DNA of 29,289 nucleotides from the NCBI GenBank assembly GCA_041307205.1, contig JBFZDU010000076.1, positions 1 through 29,289 of the forward strand, in the 5' to 3' direction. This DNA is from Gammaproteobacteria bacterium. Lineage in GTDB: Bacteria; Pseudomonadota; Gammaproteobacteria; Chromatiales; Chromatiaceae. This document shows, piece by piece, positions 27,884-29,289 of this stretch. Below the pieces are notes generated by a model that saw only the letters and a program-made list of their open reading frames with translations, made no database searches and was not told the origin of the DNA. The position numbers and the translations under genes were made by a program. How positions within the stretch are numbered: the first letter of the stretch is position 1; each line of letters begins with the position of its first letter.

Positions 27884-29289
27884 ATGTGCGGAGTCGTCGG
27901 CATCGTCGGCCAGGGTGCAATCAACCAGGCCTTGTATGACGCCTTGCTGGTGCTGCACCACCGCGGCCAGGACGCCGCCGGGATAGTGACCTTCGAGGGA
28001 AATAAGCTGCAAGTGCGCAAGGACAACGGCCTGGCCCGAGACGTTTTCGATACACCACACATGATCAACCTGCGCGGCAACATGGGTATAGGCCATGTGC
28101 GTTACCCGACCGCGGGCTGTTCATCGTCCGCCGAGTCTCAGCCTTTTTACGTCAATTCCCCCTATGGCATCGCCTTGGCGCATAACGGCAACCTGACCAA
28201 CGCCGAGGGGCTGAAGCGCGAGCTGTTCGTCGAAGATCGCCGGCATATCAATACCGAGTCGGACTCGGAGATCCTGTTGAACATCTTCGCCCACGAGCTG
28301 CAGGCGCACGCCACCGGCTTGAGTATCGACGAGAACGACATCTTCCGCGCCGTCGCCGGCGTGCATCGGCGCTGCCGCGGCGGCTATGCGGCAGTGGCCT
28401 TGATCCCTGGCTACGGGGTGATCGCGTTTCGCGATCCGCACGGCATCCGCCCGATCGTGTTCGGGGCGCGCGGCCAGGGCCCGGCAACGGAGCTGATGGT
28501 CGCTTCCGAGAGCGTTGCCCTCGACACCCTGGGATTCGAGCTGATCCGCGACATCGACCCGGGCGAGGCGGTGATCTTCACCCTGGACGGTGCGCTGCAC
28601 ACGCGCCAGTGCGCGGACCACCCGGTGAAGTCGCCCTGCATCTTCGAGTTCGTCTACTTCGCCCGGCCGGACTCGGTCATCGACGAGATTTTCGTGCACA
28701 AGGCGCGGCAGCGCATGGGCAAGAAACTGGCGCGCAAGATCGAGCGGGTGTGGCCCAAACATGACATCGACGTGGTGATCCCCATTCCGGACACCAGCCG
28801 CACCGCTGCCCTCACCCTGGCCAACGAGATCGGGCTGCGTTATGCCGAAGGCTTTATCAAGAACCGTTACATCGGGCGCACCTTCATCATGCCGGGGCAA
28901 ACGGTGCGCAAGCGCTCGGTGCGGCAGAAGCTCAACCCCATCGATGTTGAGTTCAAGGGCAAGAACGTGCTGCTGGTGGACGATTCCATCGTCCGCGGCA
29001 CCACCTCCCGGCAGATCGTCGAGATGGCGCGTGATGCCGGTGCGCGCAAGGTCTATTTCGCCTCCGCCGCCCCGCCGGTGCGCTTCCCCAACGTCTATGG
29101 CATCGACATGCCGGCCGCGAGCGAACTGGTGGCCCATGGCCGTAGCGACGACGAGGTCTGTGCCTGGATCGGCGCCGACCGCCTGATCTACCAGGATCTG
29201 GAAGATCTCATTGACGCAGTGCAGAAGAAGGGCAATACCAAGATCGACCGCTTCGACAACTCGGTATTCAGCGGCGAGTACGTCACCGG
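27884..29289 (+). CDS. purF: Amidophosphoribosyltransferase, 3' truncated by window edge (missing from ORF track)
   Basis: ATG 27884: MCGVVGIV (N-terminal nucleophile Cys), [40 protein letters not shown] motif [22 protein letters not shown]; no stop before 29289. Confidence 0.97.
   Translation, partial: MCGVVGIVGQGAINQALYDALLVLHHRGQDAAGIVTFEGNKLQVRKDNGLARDVFDTPHMINLRGNMGIGHVRYPTAGCSSSAESQPFYVNSPYGIALAHNGNLTNAEGLKRELFVEDRRHINTESDSEILLNIFAHELQAHATGLSIDENDIFRAVAGVHRRCRGGYAAVALIPGYGVIAFRDPHGIRPIVFGARGQGPATELMVASESVALDTLGFELIRDIDPGEAVIFTLDGALHTRQCADHPVKSPCIFEFVYFARPDSVIDEIFVHKARQRMGKKLARKIERVWPKHDIDVVIPIPDTSRTAALTLANEIGLRYAEGFIKNRYIGRTFIMPGQTVRKRSVRQKLNPIDVEFKGKNVLLVDDSIVRGTTSRQIVEMARDAGARKVYFASAAPPVRFPNVYGIDMPAASELVAHGRSDDEVCAWIGADRLIYQDLEDLIDAVQKKGNTKIDRFDNSVFSGEYVT

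Noticed and set aside
27950-27975. PurF LHHRGQD instead of usual LQHRGQD
   Set aside because: Substitution is adjacent to, not at, the conserved His-Arg; all catalytic motifs are intact.

Overview
GC-rich (roughly two-thirds G+C) gammaproteobacterial chromosome segment made almost entirely of housekeeping genes; no IS/transposase, integrase, phage, CRISPR, rRNA or tRNA is visible. Left to right: start of a leftward surface-polysaccharide operon (GT4 glycosyltransferase, extended-SDR epimerase), aroC, MFS permease, a stand-alone lpxD, an RND efflux pair without an outer-membrane factor, NlpC/P60 lipoprotein, DUF2288-like protein, CoA-type Nudix hydrolase, then the conserved block LysR(divergent)-leuC-leuD-leuB-asd-fimV-truA-trpF-trpB-trpA-accD-folC-dedD-cvpA-purF (purF runs off the right edge). 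I did not find a clearly new multi-gene system. The most interesting signals are small and absent from the ORF track: a 46-aa entericidin-family lipoprotein gene wedged between leuC and leuD; two LysR-type T-N11-A inverted repeats bracketing a sigma70-like leuC promoter with no attenuator; a 165-bp element with perfect 15-bp terminal inverted repeats between leuD and leuB; an AT-rich inverted repeat plus a structured, GGA-rich 5' region before fimV; two probable leaderless genes (aroC, Nudix); and a His in place of the catalytic Tyr of the epimerase. All calls come from motif recognition by eye; no database searches were run.
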